DNA from: Sarea resinae
Taxonomy: Eukaryota
Assembly: GCA_026026165.1 (NCBI GenBank)
Contig: JAPEUD010000004.1
Span: forward strand, 1-64,000
Length of the DNA stretch: 64,000 nt
Direction of reading: 5' to 3'
Shown here one piece after another: positions 49,113 through 61,970 of the stretch. Position 1 is the stretch's first letter. Each line of letters begins with the position of its first letter. Made by a program: the position numbers and the translations under genes. Below the pieces are notes generated by a model. That model was not told where the DNA came from. It saw only the letters and a program-made list of their open reading frames with translations, and did no database searches.

Positions 49113-50111
49113 CGCTCTGTGATATAGAACCAGGGGCGGACCTGCTAGCGGAGGAGCGTGAGGCCTTTGGGTGGCTGCAGACTCGAAGGGCACAAGTGGG
49201 ATGGATCATGGTCCATGGATGGCCCCGGATCGTCTTGGTTGTTTACAAGCTCGTCGGTACAAAAGTACAAAGTACCTCAGAACGTAGCTGGCCAGCCTTA
49301 TCGATAAGGCTTTCGAGATGCCTACTCCGTACCGTTTCCCACCGTCTACCCTCGGTCTGGCTGGTCACCACCCGAACTCGAGAGCATCATCACGTTATGG
49401 ACATTTGTTATATCACATTCGTTAGTTAGATGGTGTCGCACAGCATTAGTAGAATTGGCCCTCGATGTACTCTGGAGTACTACGTAGTTGCAACTTCGTA
49501 TTGATTTAATAGTATGCGTACTATGAGTCCTACTATGTACATCCGCCAAAATGAACGCAACAACCCAACCCAGAGGCTTAGAGGGTAAAGGGGGAGCCCT
49601 GTCAGATCAATACATGTCCATTCGTCAATATCATACAACGGATCTTCTCATCAGAGGTTTTTGGTTTTCCCATATAATCTTTTCTTTCGTTCTTCGTTCT
49701 CATTCTCGTTCTGTTCTGTTTCGTGTCGCGTCGAGTAGATAGACAAGAAAGAAAAGGCGACAAAAGAAAAACGTGGCATCTTGAAACAAAAGAAAAGCAT
49801 AGCATTAGACAAAGGAGATGCGTGATATCAGGGCAAAAGAGTGGACTGACGTGTAATATCAACGCGGAAGCAAAATGGCAGTTGCGAGGAAAGCCGAGGC
49901 CAACAGGGAAGAGATGGCCATATAACGAGGGTTCCAAAATAGGTGGGGTATCGGGGTATCAGGGTATATCCATTCTCGAAGAACCCAAAGAAGGAAAAGT
50001 GGTGGTATATTAAGAAGAAGGCGATTCTCTGTCTGTCCAGAAAGTTCAATGGCGCACTGGCTTGCTTCGTTCCACTGTCGTAAGGAGTACTGATAGGCTC
50101 GGACATGCTTT

Positions 50112-52544
50112 CTAGTCCATTTCGTTCATCAAATTCGCATCAGCTTGAGCAGAAGCAGAACGCTCACACTGACACACATCCCCGCAATGAGCGTGAGTCG
50201 CCGCAGCAGCAGCCAGCTTATCATCCTCGGTGAACAGATTTGCGGGACCATCCTTGAGGGCAACACCAACGGCGACAATGATAGCAGCCGAGAATTTTGC
50301 CCAGACGATAAGTCTGCTGGTATACGTTCTGTTCCAGCGCTCGTTTCGCCTTTGATCCTCAGACAATGATGGCATGTGCTTTCTGCTACCGTTTTCAGAT
50401 CCGGGCTGATAGGGTGTGGTGCAAAACGGACGAAGAAGAAGACCAAAGACAAGCCACGAGACAAACGGCCTTAGGCGCATACTGAAGTACCAGGCGTTGC
50501 TGATAACCTTGCGCGCAAAGAAAGTGGGGTTTTTCCACATTTGCGAGAGAAGAGGAGGTCCACTCAATCGGGCGGCTGCCGAAGAATAACGATAGATCGC
50601 CGATGATCGTGACGAAGAAAAAACGTGATGCTGTGTTGAAGTACGGCGAGAAGGGGGCGGAGAATCCGAAGATGAAGTATCCAGATCTGCTTTCAACCTT
50701 GCACGGGCTAATTCGTCTAGAAGTAACAGCCCTGTCATGCCCGCGAAACTTTTCGTGAAAATGTCGAGGACGAGCTGGTAGCTTGGCGGTAGCACAAGTT
50801 GTCTTTTTAGGCGTTGTTCGGGGATCTTGTTGATCTTCGATATGTGTTCTTGCTGCTCACCCAGAGACGAAAGCCCCAACCCGGTAGGCGCTGTCTCCAT
50901 ATCTGTCATGGTAGTTCTGGGCCCAACTGTTGCGTCCCCCATCCTTGGAGATACCGTGTGATTCCATTGGGGAGGATTCCAATTAGGTAGGGGTGCAGTA
51001 GCAGGACATGAATCAACATGAGACGCGTTGGGCAAGATCAGCGGCCTCGTAGCAGATCCAGAATGAAATCTTCTCATCCTTCTACGAAGATGACCGGGTT
51101 TCTGGCTCTCTTCTAAAGGCGAAGGTAGAGGTAGGCTATTCCAGGGGCGAGGACTATATGAGGGTTCAGAAGTCAACGAAGTAGCTTGCGTTTGTAATGA
51201 CTGTAGAGAATTCGAGGAGAAACCAGACGATGGAGCCGACAACATGGAGCTATCGGAAGAAGACTGATACTGATTTGAGGCGTCAAAGAATGAGGCCTCG
51301 TAGTGAAAATCTGTGCTATCCAAAGCTGAAGCAGGCGCTGATATAGGCTCTGCTGAAAAGTTCACGTCTTTGACGGACGTGATAATTGGTGTAGGCGAGG
51401 GGACATTTGATACAGATGGTATTCTTGGCATCATTGAAATGGGCCGGCGTTTCTTTCGGGTGCCATCGCCCTTCCTCGACTCGAAATGAAGGTCGACCTT
51501 TGCGGGAGAGTGCGCCAGTAATTCGGACATGAATTCCAATCTCTTTTCGAGATCATAGTTTGCTTGCTCTAGCGACTCGAGACTTTTGATTCTTGTTAGA
51601 GTCATGTCCTGTTCGCGCTCAAGTTGCACAAGCTGCTCATCCTTGACCTCTAGCTCAAATTGGAGCATCTGTATTGTTCCTTCTTTCTCGCGCTCCAGCT
51701 CTGCTACGCGAGAATGGAACGAGTCTTCCCATCGCGAGAGCTCGTGTTTCAGGTTGTTGGTTTCCGCAGTGAGTGCCCGGATTTTGGCACTCTGAGATTT
51801 CGAAGGTGAGCCCTGTCTTTGCGACTGCAGAGCCCGAAGCTGCGACTCCAGATGCTCTATGTATTTAGGTGAGTCGATAGAGGTTGAGCGTCGAGATCGG
51901 TGCTCCTTCGGAGTGCCCGTATGCGAAGCCATGGTTGATGGGGGGGTTTGGGGATTGAAGTAGATATCTTGGGCTTTCATCGTATTCTCTCGAGCGTTCT
52001 CATTGTTGATGGCCAATATCTCGGGTTCCCGCAAGGCGTTCTCATCAGAGACGGGTTCCAAGTGCGGCGAACCTTCTCGCGAGAGACCGTAACCCCTGAC
52101 CACGTCCGGGAATATCGCATCAAGTCTCCCTCTGGCGGCCTGCCTGCGTCGACGCGTGGAGTTGCTGATTTCGCGAAGTATGCCAAGAGGGTGCTGCTCT
52201 TTACCCTTCGGCTCTTCCGACTCCTTTAGATTATCACCATTGTCCTCCACATGACTCAAACGAACGTGATTTGTCGTCCATGAGTCCACTGGCGCAGACC
52301 ACCTCCTGGATGGGGACAAACGCAACTCGGGGAAGTTTGTAGCTTTGAATCGCTCGTTACGAATCTGGAGTCGCCGGTTGTTCCGCGTCAGAGGAAGTCG
52401 CTGTCTTAGCAGAAAAGCCTCTTCGGGAGTGAGTCCGGGCTTTCTTGGGCTGGGCGTCTTTGACGACAAAGTATATAGCTGGTAAGGATCTTGGGCGGGC
52501 TGAAGGGCTGGATAGCCGTCTATTGACGGCGGAGAACAAGTCAT
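50112..52544 (-). CDS. Hypothetical protein with a central coiled coil and C-terminal hydrophobic segments
   Basis: Long single ORF (about 810 aa from ATG 52544). Heptad region YIEHLESQL...LEKRLEFMSELLAHSP; C-terminal IVWAKFSAAIIVAVGVALKDGP. Confidence 0.75.
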   Translation of the reverse strand: MTCSPPSIDGYPALQPAQDPYQLYTLSSKTPSPRKPGLTPEEAFLLRQRLPLTRNNRRLQIRNERFKATNFPELRLSPSRRWSAPVDSWTTNHVRLSHVEDNGDNLKESEEPKGKEQHPLGILREISNSTRRRRQAARGRLDAIFPDVVRGYGLSREGSPHLEPVSDENALREPEILAINNENARENTMKAQDIYFNPQTPPSTMASHTGTPKEHRSRRSTSIDSPKYIEHLESQLRALQSQRQGSPSKSQSAKIRALTAETNNLKHELSRWEDSFHSRVAELEREKEGTIQMLQFELEVKDEQLVQLEREQDMTLTRIKSLESLEQANYDLEKRLEFMSELLAHSPAKVDLHFESRKGDGTRKKRRPISMMPRIPSVSNVPSPTPIITSVKDVNFSAEPISAPASALDSTDFHYEASFFDASNQYQSSSDSSMLSAPSSGFSSNSLQSLQTQATSLTSEPSYSPRPWNSLPLPSPLEESQKPGHLRRRMRRFHSGSATRPLILPNASHVDSCPATAPLPNWNPPQWNHTVSPRMGDATVGPRTTMTDMETAPTGLGLSSLGEQQEHISKINKIPEQRLKRQLVLPPSYQLVLDIFTKSFAGMTGLLLLDELARARLKADLDTSSSDSPPPSRRTSTQHHVFSSSRSSAIYRYSSAAARLSGPPLLSQMWKNPTFFARKVISNAWYFSMRLRPFVSWLVFGLLLRPFCTTPYQPGSENGSRKHMPSLSEDQRRNERWNRTYTSRLIVWAKFSAAIIVAVGVALKDGPANLFTEDDKLAAAAATHAHCGDVCQCERSASAQADANLMNEMD

Positions 52545-54920
52545 GATCGAAAGAGGACGTTTCTCTTGTTCACCATCACGCCAATCCCGGCTTCCCACTT
52601 GCTGGTCTCCCACGGCAGCACACTTCCCTTTCGAGCTTTGAATTGCAAATGCCGATGAGAACAAGGAGATACTGTAGCATGCATTCCACCGCGGATCAAA
52701 TTTAGTCCATTTCACAGGCGAGAGTCGTTCGAGAAGAGGTTATGCGAGATTGTGATTGGGACTGGGAATGTTATGTATCGCGCGTGCCGGCTTACAAGGG
52801 CGATTGGAGCGTTTTGGTTCAGTAGATGGCGTCGAGCATTCCAGAGATGTTTGATTGCGAGTGTTGAGTCGATTGCAATCGCCGTAGAGCCGTAGTTGTC
52901 CTTTGTTTGGGGTGGCAGCCGTAGTGGCTGTGGCAACAATAATATGAGATTTGTTTTGACGATGAATAGCCGTTTGGGTCTACTTGGTCATCGTACCTGG
53001 CTACTAGGGTATCAGAGTTAACGGGATAGGGATAGAGGGATACGGCAGAGGTGGTTTCCCTTCCAATTCGGCTGGGGAAGGGGGCGGTCCAGGTAGTCCT
53101 CACTACTAAAACCAGGTAGGGCTAGGCAGCCGAGGTGGTGCGGCAGGTGGTGTTATCCTTCGCGGATCTTCATCTCTTCATCTCCGGCCGAGGGGGGGAA
53201 AAAGCCGGAAGAAAGACAAGATGCAGTGTCCGAGGGCGGTGACTATTTAATGGTGAGGAATAGAATTAGAACGAGCAAATCTATCGTCATCGTCGTTATC
53301 GTCATTATCATGTCTGAAGGGAAGATTACTTCGTACAATACCGTAGAGGGTACTCCGCCTGTGCCCATAAATAGAGCCACGGGTCCACGAACGCAGACTC
53401 TCGACGGAGCCGATGAAGCCGATGCTCCTGCTGCAGTACTCCGAACAAAGAGGGCCGAGCCCCTAACTGCTCATGTCGATATTCAAAAATAGCCAAATGA
53501 AGAGAATGGATGGATGAGATGAAATGAGATGGACGAGAATACTCTGCACTCCTCGTGATGCTCGAATCTGTCCCAGCTCATTTCAATCATTTCCAAAATA
53601 TTCCACCTCATCTCCCCGTCTGCCTTGCCAGCCGTAACCCGCAATCCGTCATCCGGAAGCCGTAAGGCTGGTAGCCCGGTCGCCTGCCATCCACTCATCT
53701 AATTTCTCGGATCGTTGTTGAGATGGTACTGTACGGCACCGCCTCGCCTGTCCAGCTCCTAGTCCGTCCCTCTGTCCTCAGGTAGAGCGAGGGACCACTG
53801 TAAAACCGTAGGACCCTGGCCGGCACGTTTCACGACGCCTCCAGAATCACGCGACTTTCCATCCCAACAGGAGGCGCATTCGGGAAGAGAAAAAAAAAGT
53901 AGAGATTGCAATTAAGGGAAACCCATGAGGATGACGTGCAGTGAGAGAGAGCCCTGGCCATCGCATCCAGTGCCCCTCCCTTCTTCCCCCGCCTCCGCCT
54001 TCTCGCCTTTCGCACACTGTTGCGTATGTACGCCGCCGTTCCGCTTCCATTGTTCCGGAAATGGATCATCAGATCAGATCATCAACCAACACGGACATGA
54101 TAGATGTCACAGCGGCATACCGACTCCGTCCGCTCTGCGCAGCCTGTTGAAATCAGCCCAGCTTTAACCAGGGGACGGCTCCTGTTTTTCCCTATGGTCT
54201 TCTCCTCGCCGCCGGACATGGCCGATCTGTCGCGTATGCATGTACGAAGTAGGCATGGTTTTCTGACAGGATGCCGGCGGATGATCGTTGCATGCAGCTT
54301 CAGTCTGTAGGTATGCTACGAAGATGGTCTCAGCCATCAAGGGGCATCCCATCTCAAACGCTCGAAGACCACGATCAGCATTGCTTCTATGTTTAGTAAC
54401 TGTTGACCTGAAGAAGGCCTTGAATATGCTTCTGCCAGAGGTCAATGATGGCACGTGCGTTGCACCATACATCGCGATAAGATCTTATCACCAATTCCTC
54501 TATCAATCATACCGTCATTGAGCCAGAGGCAAGAATAAAGCAACAATGAAACCTTTCTTCTTTTCAGGTTGCCTCTGGCCACTCTTGGCATGTCGATACA
54601 TTAAGATGTATCGTCGATGTGCAATTCTTCGAGACCAGCGCCAGCGTACCTCACAGTCACAATCAAAATATTGCCCAACATTAATGACAGCCCTCGTCGA
54701 ATCAAAGTAGCCACCGCGTGACGCTTCCATCATCATAACATCACAGTCAAGTTCACCCCGCCAGTACGTGAATAAAAAAGCCGTAGTGAGCCTGACATGC
54801 GAATCTCTTCTATTTTTTCAATTTTATATCTTACAAATTTCAAGTATTATTTATTCAACATACCGAGGTGACGAACCATCTAGTATTCCCTTTCCTAATC
54901 ATCCATATCAAAGTAAAACC

Positions 54921-55371
54921 ATGTCGAGGTGAGCTTCCAGTCTTCAGAGCGGGCTGACTCTAGTAAGAAAAGTAAGACTGACAGACTCGCTTTCACCTCT
55001 CAAGTCGAGAAGTGATAGGCAACGATTCCAATATCTCGTCCTCAAAGATTGACCCTCTTCGTGCCCCTGACGTGAAATCCAATGTCGCCCACGACCCATC
55101 CTCCGATCGTGGCGCAGTGGGCTCGGACACCAATATTGATGAATCGAGGATCGAGCCTCTCGGAGGACGCGGGCATTACCAACACCCTCTTTCCCATGCA
55201 AACGCCGGCGGTGCCACCGGTCGCGATGAGGACATCAGCGGCACAAAGATCGATCCACTGCGCGCGGGCGTCAAACATAATCATCAGAGCATGATGCAGG
55301 GGTTGGACGACCAAGAGGTCGATGCTGCACGGATCCAGCCGATGGGCGAGGTACGTGATGAGATGGCTTGA
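54921..55371 (+). CDS. Small hydrophilic 124-aa protein with four internal repeats; intron 54929-55004
   Basis: AAAACCATG start context; GTGAGC donor, CTGAC branch point, AAG acceptor restore the frame (MSSREVIGND...). AT-rich promoter upstream. Confidence 0.72.
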
Positions 55372-55680
55372 GACTTCGGATCAAATCGATGATAGGGAGT
55401 GAAATGGCGAGAACTAGTGAATTTATTTTTTAAAACTTGGAGAAGTTATAGGCTGAGAATTGAAATTAATCTTGGCTTTCAATGATGCTGAAATCGAACA
55501 ACGCCATCGCTTGCATGCTCATGATAGAAAAAACATGGTAGCAAAAGTCATAAAGACATGATGAGATGGACGCATATGCATTGTGTCAAAACTCCTTGTG
55601 AACCTCAGTTCGAAAGAGAACAAACATACTCTGAGACTTGAAAAATCCCCATACCATTGGACTCTTGCCTCTAGCCACTT

Positions 55681-58600
55681 TCACAATATCCCCAGCGCGC
55701 CAAATGCGCTGACAACTTCTTGGTCTACATTGACCAGCCACTGATCGCGAAACGCTTCCTGGCTGCCACAGGCAGCGATCGCCGTCTGCAGATGGAGCTT
55801 TATGAATTCTGGGGCATTCACCGTGTGCACGGGGTCGGAAAATGTGAGCTGATTTGAATACAGAATATGTTAGCCCGGAAGTGGATTGAATATATAGAGA
55901 ACCGAGGAGATGGGAGTACAGAGGAGAGTCAGGAGGAGACGAGACCAGATGAAGCGTGAGAACTAGAAGAAAATGTATAGAATTGGAGAGGAGAGATACT
56001 TACATTACGCTTTCGTTCCTCTTCAGGGGCCTCGGGGGAATTCTGCGGTTTCAGACCGTTCGCGTCCCAGTAGACGAGAGAGCTGTTTTGTTGCGAGAAA
56101 AAGCAATTAGCTGAGCTCTCAAGCCTCAAGAACAAGAAGAGAATAAAAGAGGAAAGCCTGAACTAACTCGCCGCCCCTATCTTCCGCGCCCTCCTGCAGC
56201 TCAGTGATGATATCCGTCCAGACAGTCATGAGATCCTGCAGATGGGTCAAGATCCACTTCTGATTGGTCTCCAACAGCCGCGTGAGCGCAAGACACATTA
56301 ATTTTCGATTCGATGGGTCGCCAATGTTTTCGAAGTGGCTGAACCACTCCGTTAGAATCCAATCAACCGTCTGCTCATACGGCTCGTTCCTGCCCGTACT
56401 GATGGATTGGATGGAGGTGGTGAAGATGGTGGGACTTGCTAGAGCAAGCCTTGCCAGAACGCTCAGGTAGTCGGTCTCGACTATGCCATCGACTGGCGGA
56501 TCTCGTCTATTTGGGCCGGTTGTTTGATGAGCCTCCCAGCTGCCGCGAAGTCCATCGGCAAGTTTGAATAGGAGGCCAGTTCCGATGATACTCGTGGCTA
56601 CGATCGAGACTGCTTGTTCCCCACCTAGGCTGTCTGCGGCACGAATGATGACTTCGACTAAGTGCGTCAAGAGGCCGTTGGCGTCTGATTTCAATGTTCC
56701 CAGGAGCGATGAGAACGCGCCGAGGAATCTATCTCGCATTTGATCGTCCAGCATTTCTCTGGGGGCAAGGAGGACGTAGGATTCAGTGATTTCGAGAGCT
56801 TTGCGGAGATTTTCGGTGCCAAGCTCGAAGATGGAGAAGAGATAGGGTGCAATGGAGATGATATCTGCAGATGCTGGACTTGGAGTTTGAGCGAGAACTG
56901 ACGACCACAGGTCCAGAGCATCTTCAAGTAGATAGACTTGGGTCTCCTATGTCCATGATGAGAAATGTATTTCAGCATATCCAAAGTCCACTTACTGAGC
57001 CAGGTTCGACAGCACTCTTTATAAGTGGGAGCACCATAGAGTGATATCTTCGCGATTCATCTTTCATTGCGTTGATGAGCCTTGACAAGATTGTGAGGAT
57101 AGCTTGCTTCATGAGATGCTCCTCTCCGGACTGTTCCCATAATGGAGGCAACAAAGATACAATCTTGTCAGCGTACGGGGCAATCTAATGATGATTAGTA
57201 AACACGCTCTTCGCCGATCACTGACCGAACGCTTACATGGTGTTCTAGTCGTTCGACAATAACGCTGACAGTGTTCAGCAAGGCCATCTTCGTTTCCGTC
57301 AATTCTACCTCCTCAATGAGAGCCATGAGTCTCCCCAGGATTTCGGGAGCGTAAGGCACGAAGGCGTTGGCTTCAAATTCCCATTCATCCGCAACATCTC
57401 GGAAACTCTTCCCAGCTGTTATTCGTACCACTTGGTCATTTAGTTGGTCGTTCTTATCAAGCAAATGCTGGAATATCTGGTACACCAAGGGCCTATTATC
57501 TTTAGATACTCTGAAAACCCACTGTCCGAGTAGAATAGCGATGCGTCGCCGGAGGATACTGTAACCAGGCTTCTGCTTCTGGACTTCAGCTACCAGGGTC
57601 GTGTTGAGAAAATTGTCAAAATCAAGCTGCGAGTAAATACTTGAAGCTGATAAGCCAATGGCAGTATAGACCGAGTCTTTGAATAGGATGTTCTCATTTT
57701 CAGGCGCTTTGCAGGTTAGTCATACAGTCAGAAGTACTTGAGAGGACGAGAAGCTTACATGAGACAGAATAGAATACGTTCAAAAGGGGCTGTACCAGAA
57801 GTGTTTTGAAGTGAAGGATCAGGTCCAAGAAGAGCTTTTCCGAACAAGCTCGCACAGAGAATTCCCATCCTTCGGCTTCACTCTCTTCCTTCTTCTCCCA
57901 CTCCTCTGGTTCCTCTTCCCATTCCTGAAGATCATTTGCTCGGAACACAAAGAATCGGGTGACAATTACTTCCATAGCCGTGCAAACGAAATCGGGCGTA
58001 AGAAGGCTTTCTCTCATCAGCTGCGTAGATTCTTTTCTTTCGTCCTTCTCTTCTTGGTGCTTGTACTTGAAGGTTTGTACAGGACTGAAGACCATCTTAA
58101 GACATGCTCTAATAACAAGAAGGCCTTTGAGGCTAATTCGTTCTGTTATACTGTCCGGTGCGTTCTCATGCCCGTTTTGGGCGGCCAGAGCGGATGTGAT
58201 AGCTGTCTTGGATCCGAAGCTCTCACCAAAATCTGCGGCGACACTCCAGTAGGCGCGCACGAGACCAATAGAGTCTGGTAGTAGAGCGAATGCTGCTGGG
58301 TGTACTCTGACCATCTCTAAATGTAATTTTGATACTTGCAGGGTATGTCTCTCGATTAATTGAAAGACTGGAGGGGCAAATGAATCTGGTCCCCTGGAAG
58401 CAAGTGTCCAGAAGTCGCCAAAATGATTCCGAAGTATCGTCCAGAATTCCTGCACATCCTTCTCCCGATTTGGAAATTCATACCCAGCAATGACCAATCG
58501 TCTCAAAACCTTGATGGCCAAGAGACTCTGCTCAATGTCATCAAAGGCACTACCCTCGCCATAGCCCCCAGAGTCTATCATCGCCCGCCATCTTGAGACC

Positions 58601-59380
58601 TTGTCCACGTATATCCTCCCTAAGACGTGGAATAATTCTGGAGTGACTGATTGTAGACTTGTTCGTGTTCTCTGCAATCGACCGGTCGCTAGCTCCTTGA
58701 TCAAGTGTAGGAGAATGAGGAGAGTCCGGGGTAGGTGTAAAGAGTTTGCGGAAGGTTCTGTCCCGGAGCGTAAAAGGCCGATAAGGGAAGTGAAGGCGTC
58801 TGGCCTGGTTCCCGCTAGATCAGCAGCCATTCTGAATGATGATGTGGAACAGGAATTACGCTACCAATCATTCGGAAACTCATATCGGACAATCTTTGCT
58901 ACTACGAGAGCATTTTGTAGAGCTAGCCGAGGGTCTTCTTCGTTGATGCCACTGTCCAGCAATCGTGACCTTATCAGGGCTTTCTCGTCCTTGCTAATTG
59001 CACTATCGTATCCTTAGCAGCTATCTCGACAACAAAGTCTCGAGACTCTTACTTTGAAGCCGTCTTCCTCCAGTATTTGTCAATGCCATTCTTGAGTTGT
59101 ATTATGGCCAGATACCGTATTTCGAAAGGTAGCGACTTATCGATAAAAGCCGTCTAGATCAAAGGCTGACTTTAGCTGTGGCTCCGTTGCACCATTTGAG
59201 GGGGGCCTCACCTACCTGAAGAAGACTATAGTATCCGCTCTGCTTCTCCCAGCTCTGGAGTTGCTGCGTGCCCGTCTGAACCTGTTGCTGGTATGTCGAT
59301 GCCGCAGCTTGCAAGACATGAAATAAGGTTTGCGAAGTGAGTGGATTAGCCGCGGCCGAAAGCTCGACCACGGATGCCAT
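55681..59380 (-). CDS. kap120: Importin-11 / Kap120 (importin-beta family), multi-exon
   Basis: N-terminal IBN_N-like region (RYLAIIQLKNGIDKYWRK), IVRYEFPNDW, LQEWEEEPEEW, VRACSEKLF, HEAT-repeat body, end VDQEVVSAFGALGIL*. Confidence 0.85.
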
Positions 59381-59657
59381 GACTACCTCTTAGATGGTCC
59401 CAGCCGGCCTTGGACTCACAACTGTAGACAAGGCGGAGAAGCTGGGGAGCATGAGTATCGCAATGAGCAAATGTGAACAAACAGCCACTCGTGGGATGTT
59501 GGTGTATCTCGGCGGGAGGCACGTTTATCAGATCGTTCAGATCAGATAAACATTCACTAGTCCAGGGCTCCGCTCGTCACGGATGAACCGTTCGGAAGGG
59601 ATAAAGATACATCACTCTACATAGAAGTTAGTACGGCACATAAAGTATTGCAATAAG

Positions 59658-59663
59658 CCTCGG
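59658..59663 (+). promoter_or_regulatory. CCTCGG FarA/FarB-type element upstream of pex2
   Basis: Exact match about 155 bp upstream of the pex2 ATG in the kap120/pex2 divergent promoter. This core is known upstream of peroxin and fatty-acid genes in filamentous ascomycetes. Confidence 0.4.
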
Positions 59664-59816
59664 CTCTGGCTGCTTTCTGTCGTAGCTATCAATTGCCTTC
59701 CGGCCTACTACATGCCACACGATCACGTCCACTCGACCCTGTCAAGCAGTTCGGGCCATTTTCATCACGGCATCGAACGAATGGTTTTATATCCTCCCGC
59801 TTAAAATGCGGTGACG

Positions 59817-61377
59817 ATGGCATCCGCCGACTTCTCCTTAGCACAGCAACGGCTAGCGGCGCGTCGCCGGCTGAGAGAAGCAGAGGTGGAAGCGCGACTG
59901 GCACGTCAACAAGGTGCATCGCCTTCTAACGCTACCAGCCGACTACCGGCTTCATTGAGTAGACTTGAGGAGACTGGACGAAGAGCATGGGGTTTGATAA
60001 GGGGAGACGAAGGGACTAGGCCGGCTTTCAGGGTTGGCCAAGTGGATGCCGAACTTTTGGACGAAGAGTTGCTCGAATTGTTCAAGGGACAGGTGGGAGA
60101 GGCACTTAAGTATTTCGGTGTATGTCTGTCAAACACGTTCCTGGGACTTTTGCTCATATCTGTAGCCACATTTACGAGATGATTGGTCCTCCGAGATTCT
60201 GCTTGGCCTACGAGCAGTCCTCTTTAAGCTTACGATATGGGACCACGACGCTTCATACGGTGCTGCGTTACAGAACCTAAGATATACAGACGCGCGAGTC
60301 AAAGATTCTACTCGCGCTTCGCCTACCAGATTGCAAAAGCTTTCATATGGACTGTTTAGTGTCGGTGGCAGGTATGCTTGGGACAAATGGGAGGATTGGC
60401 TGGCGGACAAGGAAAGCGATTTTGATGAGGTATGAATTCGATAACGAGCGACTAGTATTTCCGTTTCGGAAATCATCACTAATATTTAAAAGCCCATCCC
60501 AAGAATACGTACACTTTCTCGTCTGACCTCTGCGGTCTCTTCAACATACTCAATGGCCGCCTTCACCTCGTTCCTCGTCTTCCTGGTGAATGGCCGTTAC
60601 CGCACGCTTATTGATCGCATTCTTCGACTTCGTCTGGCTCCGAAAACAATTCAAGTGAGCCGAGAAGTATCCTTTGAATATCTAAATCGCCAGTTAGTAT
60701 GGCACGCTTTTACCGAGTTTCTCCTGTTTCTTCTTCCGCTGGTTGGTATTGCGCGTTGGCGTCGATGGCTAGCGAGGGCATGGCGAAAAGCCAAATCAAT
60801 TTTCACGAATGTTCATGATGAGGATGGAGAGCCGCGCAAAGCTCAGGGTGAATTGGCCTTTCTACCAGAGCGAACTTGTGCGATCTGTTACCGGGATCAG
60901 AATCCCACTTCAACATCCGAGACGGAGATTTTGGCCGTGTCTGGAGGCTCTGGTGGAGTCATCGGTTCTGCGCAAACCGATATTACCAACCCTTACGAAG
61001 CGATACCATGCGGTTGTATATATTGCTTCGTATGCCTCGCTCAGCGTTTGGAGGCGGAAGAAGGTGAAGGATGGGTCTGCTTAAGATGTGGAGGCATCAT
61101 AAAGGAGTGCAAGCCCTGGAATGGCGATGTGCTCGAAGTGACCAGCAGACCTGGATCATCAAAAAGAGTGGGATTTGAGGCCGAGCTACCAGACGAGAAA
61201 CCCATGGAAGAATTAGACCCTTACCCCGAAAAGGACGAAGAGAAATCAGACGCCAGAGGTTTGGACGAGTCTGAAGAATGGGCACGCGAAGCCGGAGGAA
61301 GCGGATTATCGGACGTGGAGGGCGAAATGGGTGGATTCAGCTCGTCCAGGGAGGCTTCTGATTCAGCAGAGGATTGA
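59817..61377 (+). CDS. pex2: Peroxin-2 (Pex2) RING-finger peroxisomal E3 ligase; two introns (about 60118-60166 and 60430-60492)
   Basis: FRVGQVDAELLDEEL, SYGAALQNLRY, VSFEYLNRQLVWHAFTEFLLF, RING motif CAIC...PCGCIYCFVC...CLRC. Confidence 0.93.
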
Positions 61378-61970
61378 TTTGGTCGTTTCCAGCGTTAATA
61401 AGCGGCCTTTGGTCGGGATTTCATGTGCCTATTGCATGTATTGGGAGGGTTCGGCCGGCGTCTAAACATGGATCAAATGCTCTCACATTATCATTTCCAC
61501 CATCAGCGGCCGACCTTGGGCCTTCGATTGGAAGTGTAGAGAAGAGGAGAAGAAAACAAGACGCCAAGAGCAATGCTCTCTCTCCTTTCAAAGTCAACGG
61601 TGAAGCACCTCCATGCGCCCTACCTTATCGATAGAGGGCGACTGGGGGAAGTTGGATCTGCTCTAGTAACCTAATGCGGACTAGCCTCCCGGAGGCTTAC
61701 CGTAGGGTTCCGTACCTTGCTTCCATCCATGCGTCTCGCAGTATTGGGTACGTCACACCCATCAAATGCTTGCTCGCGTTGTTCCTCTCTACGATACCTG
61801 CCCACTTGAGTAGGTGATGATCAGAATGTGACGACAGTCTGTATCGACGGGCAATGTACCCATTTTTTATCATTCATCCGTTTCCTAAACCTTGTCTCTT
61901 TGCCTACCTACCTCAGCATTGAATTGCATTCTCTATTCTGCTGTTGCGATTGTATTTAAGTCAATTAAAG

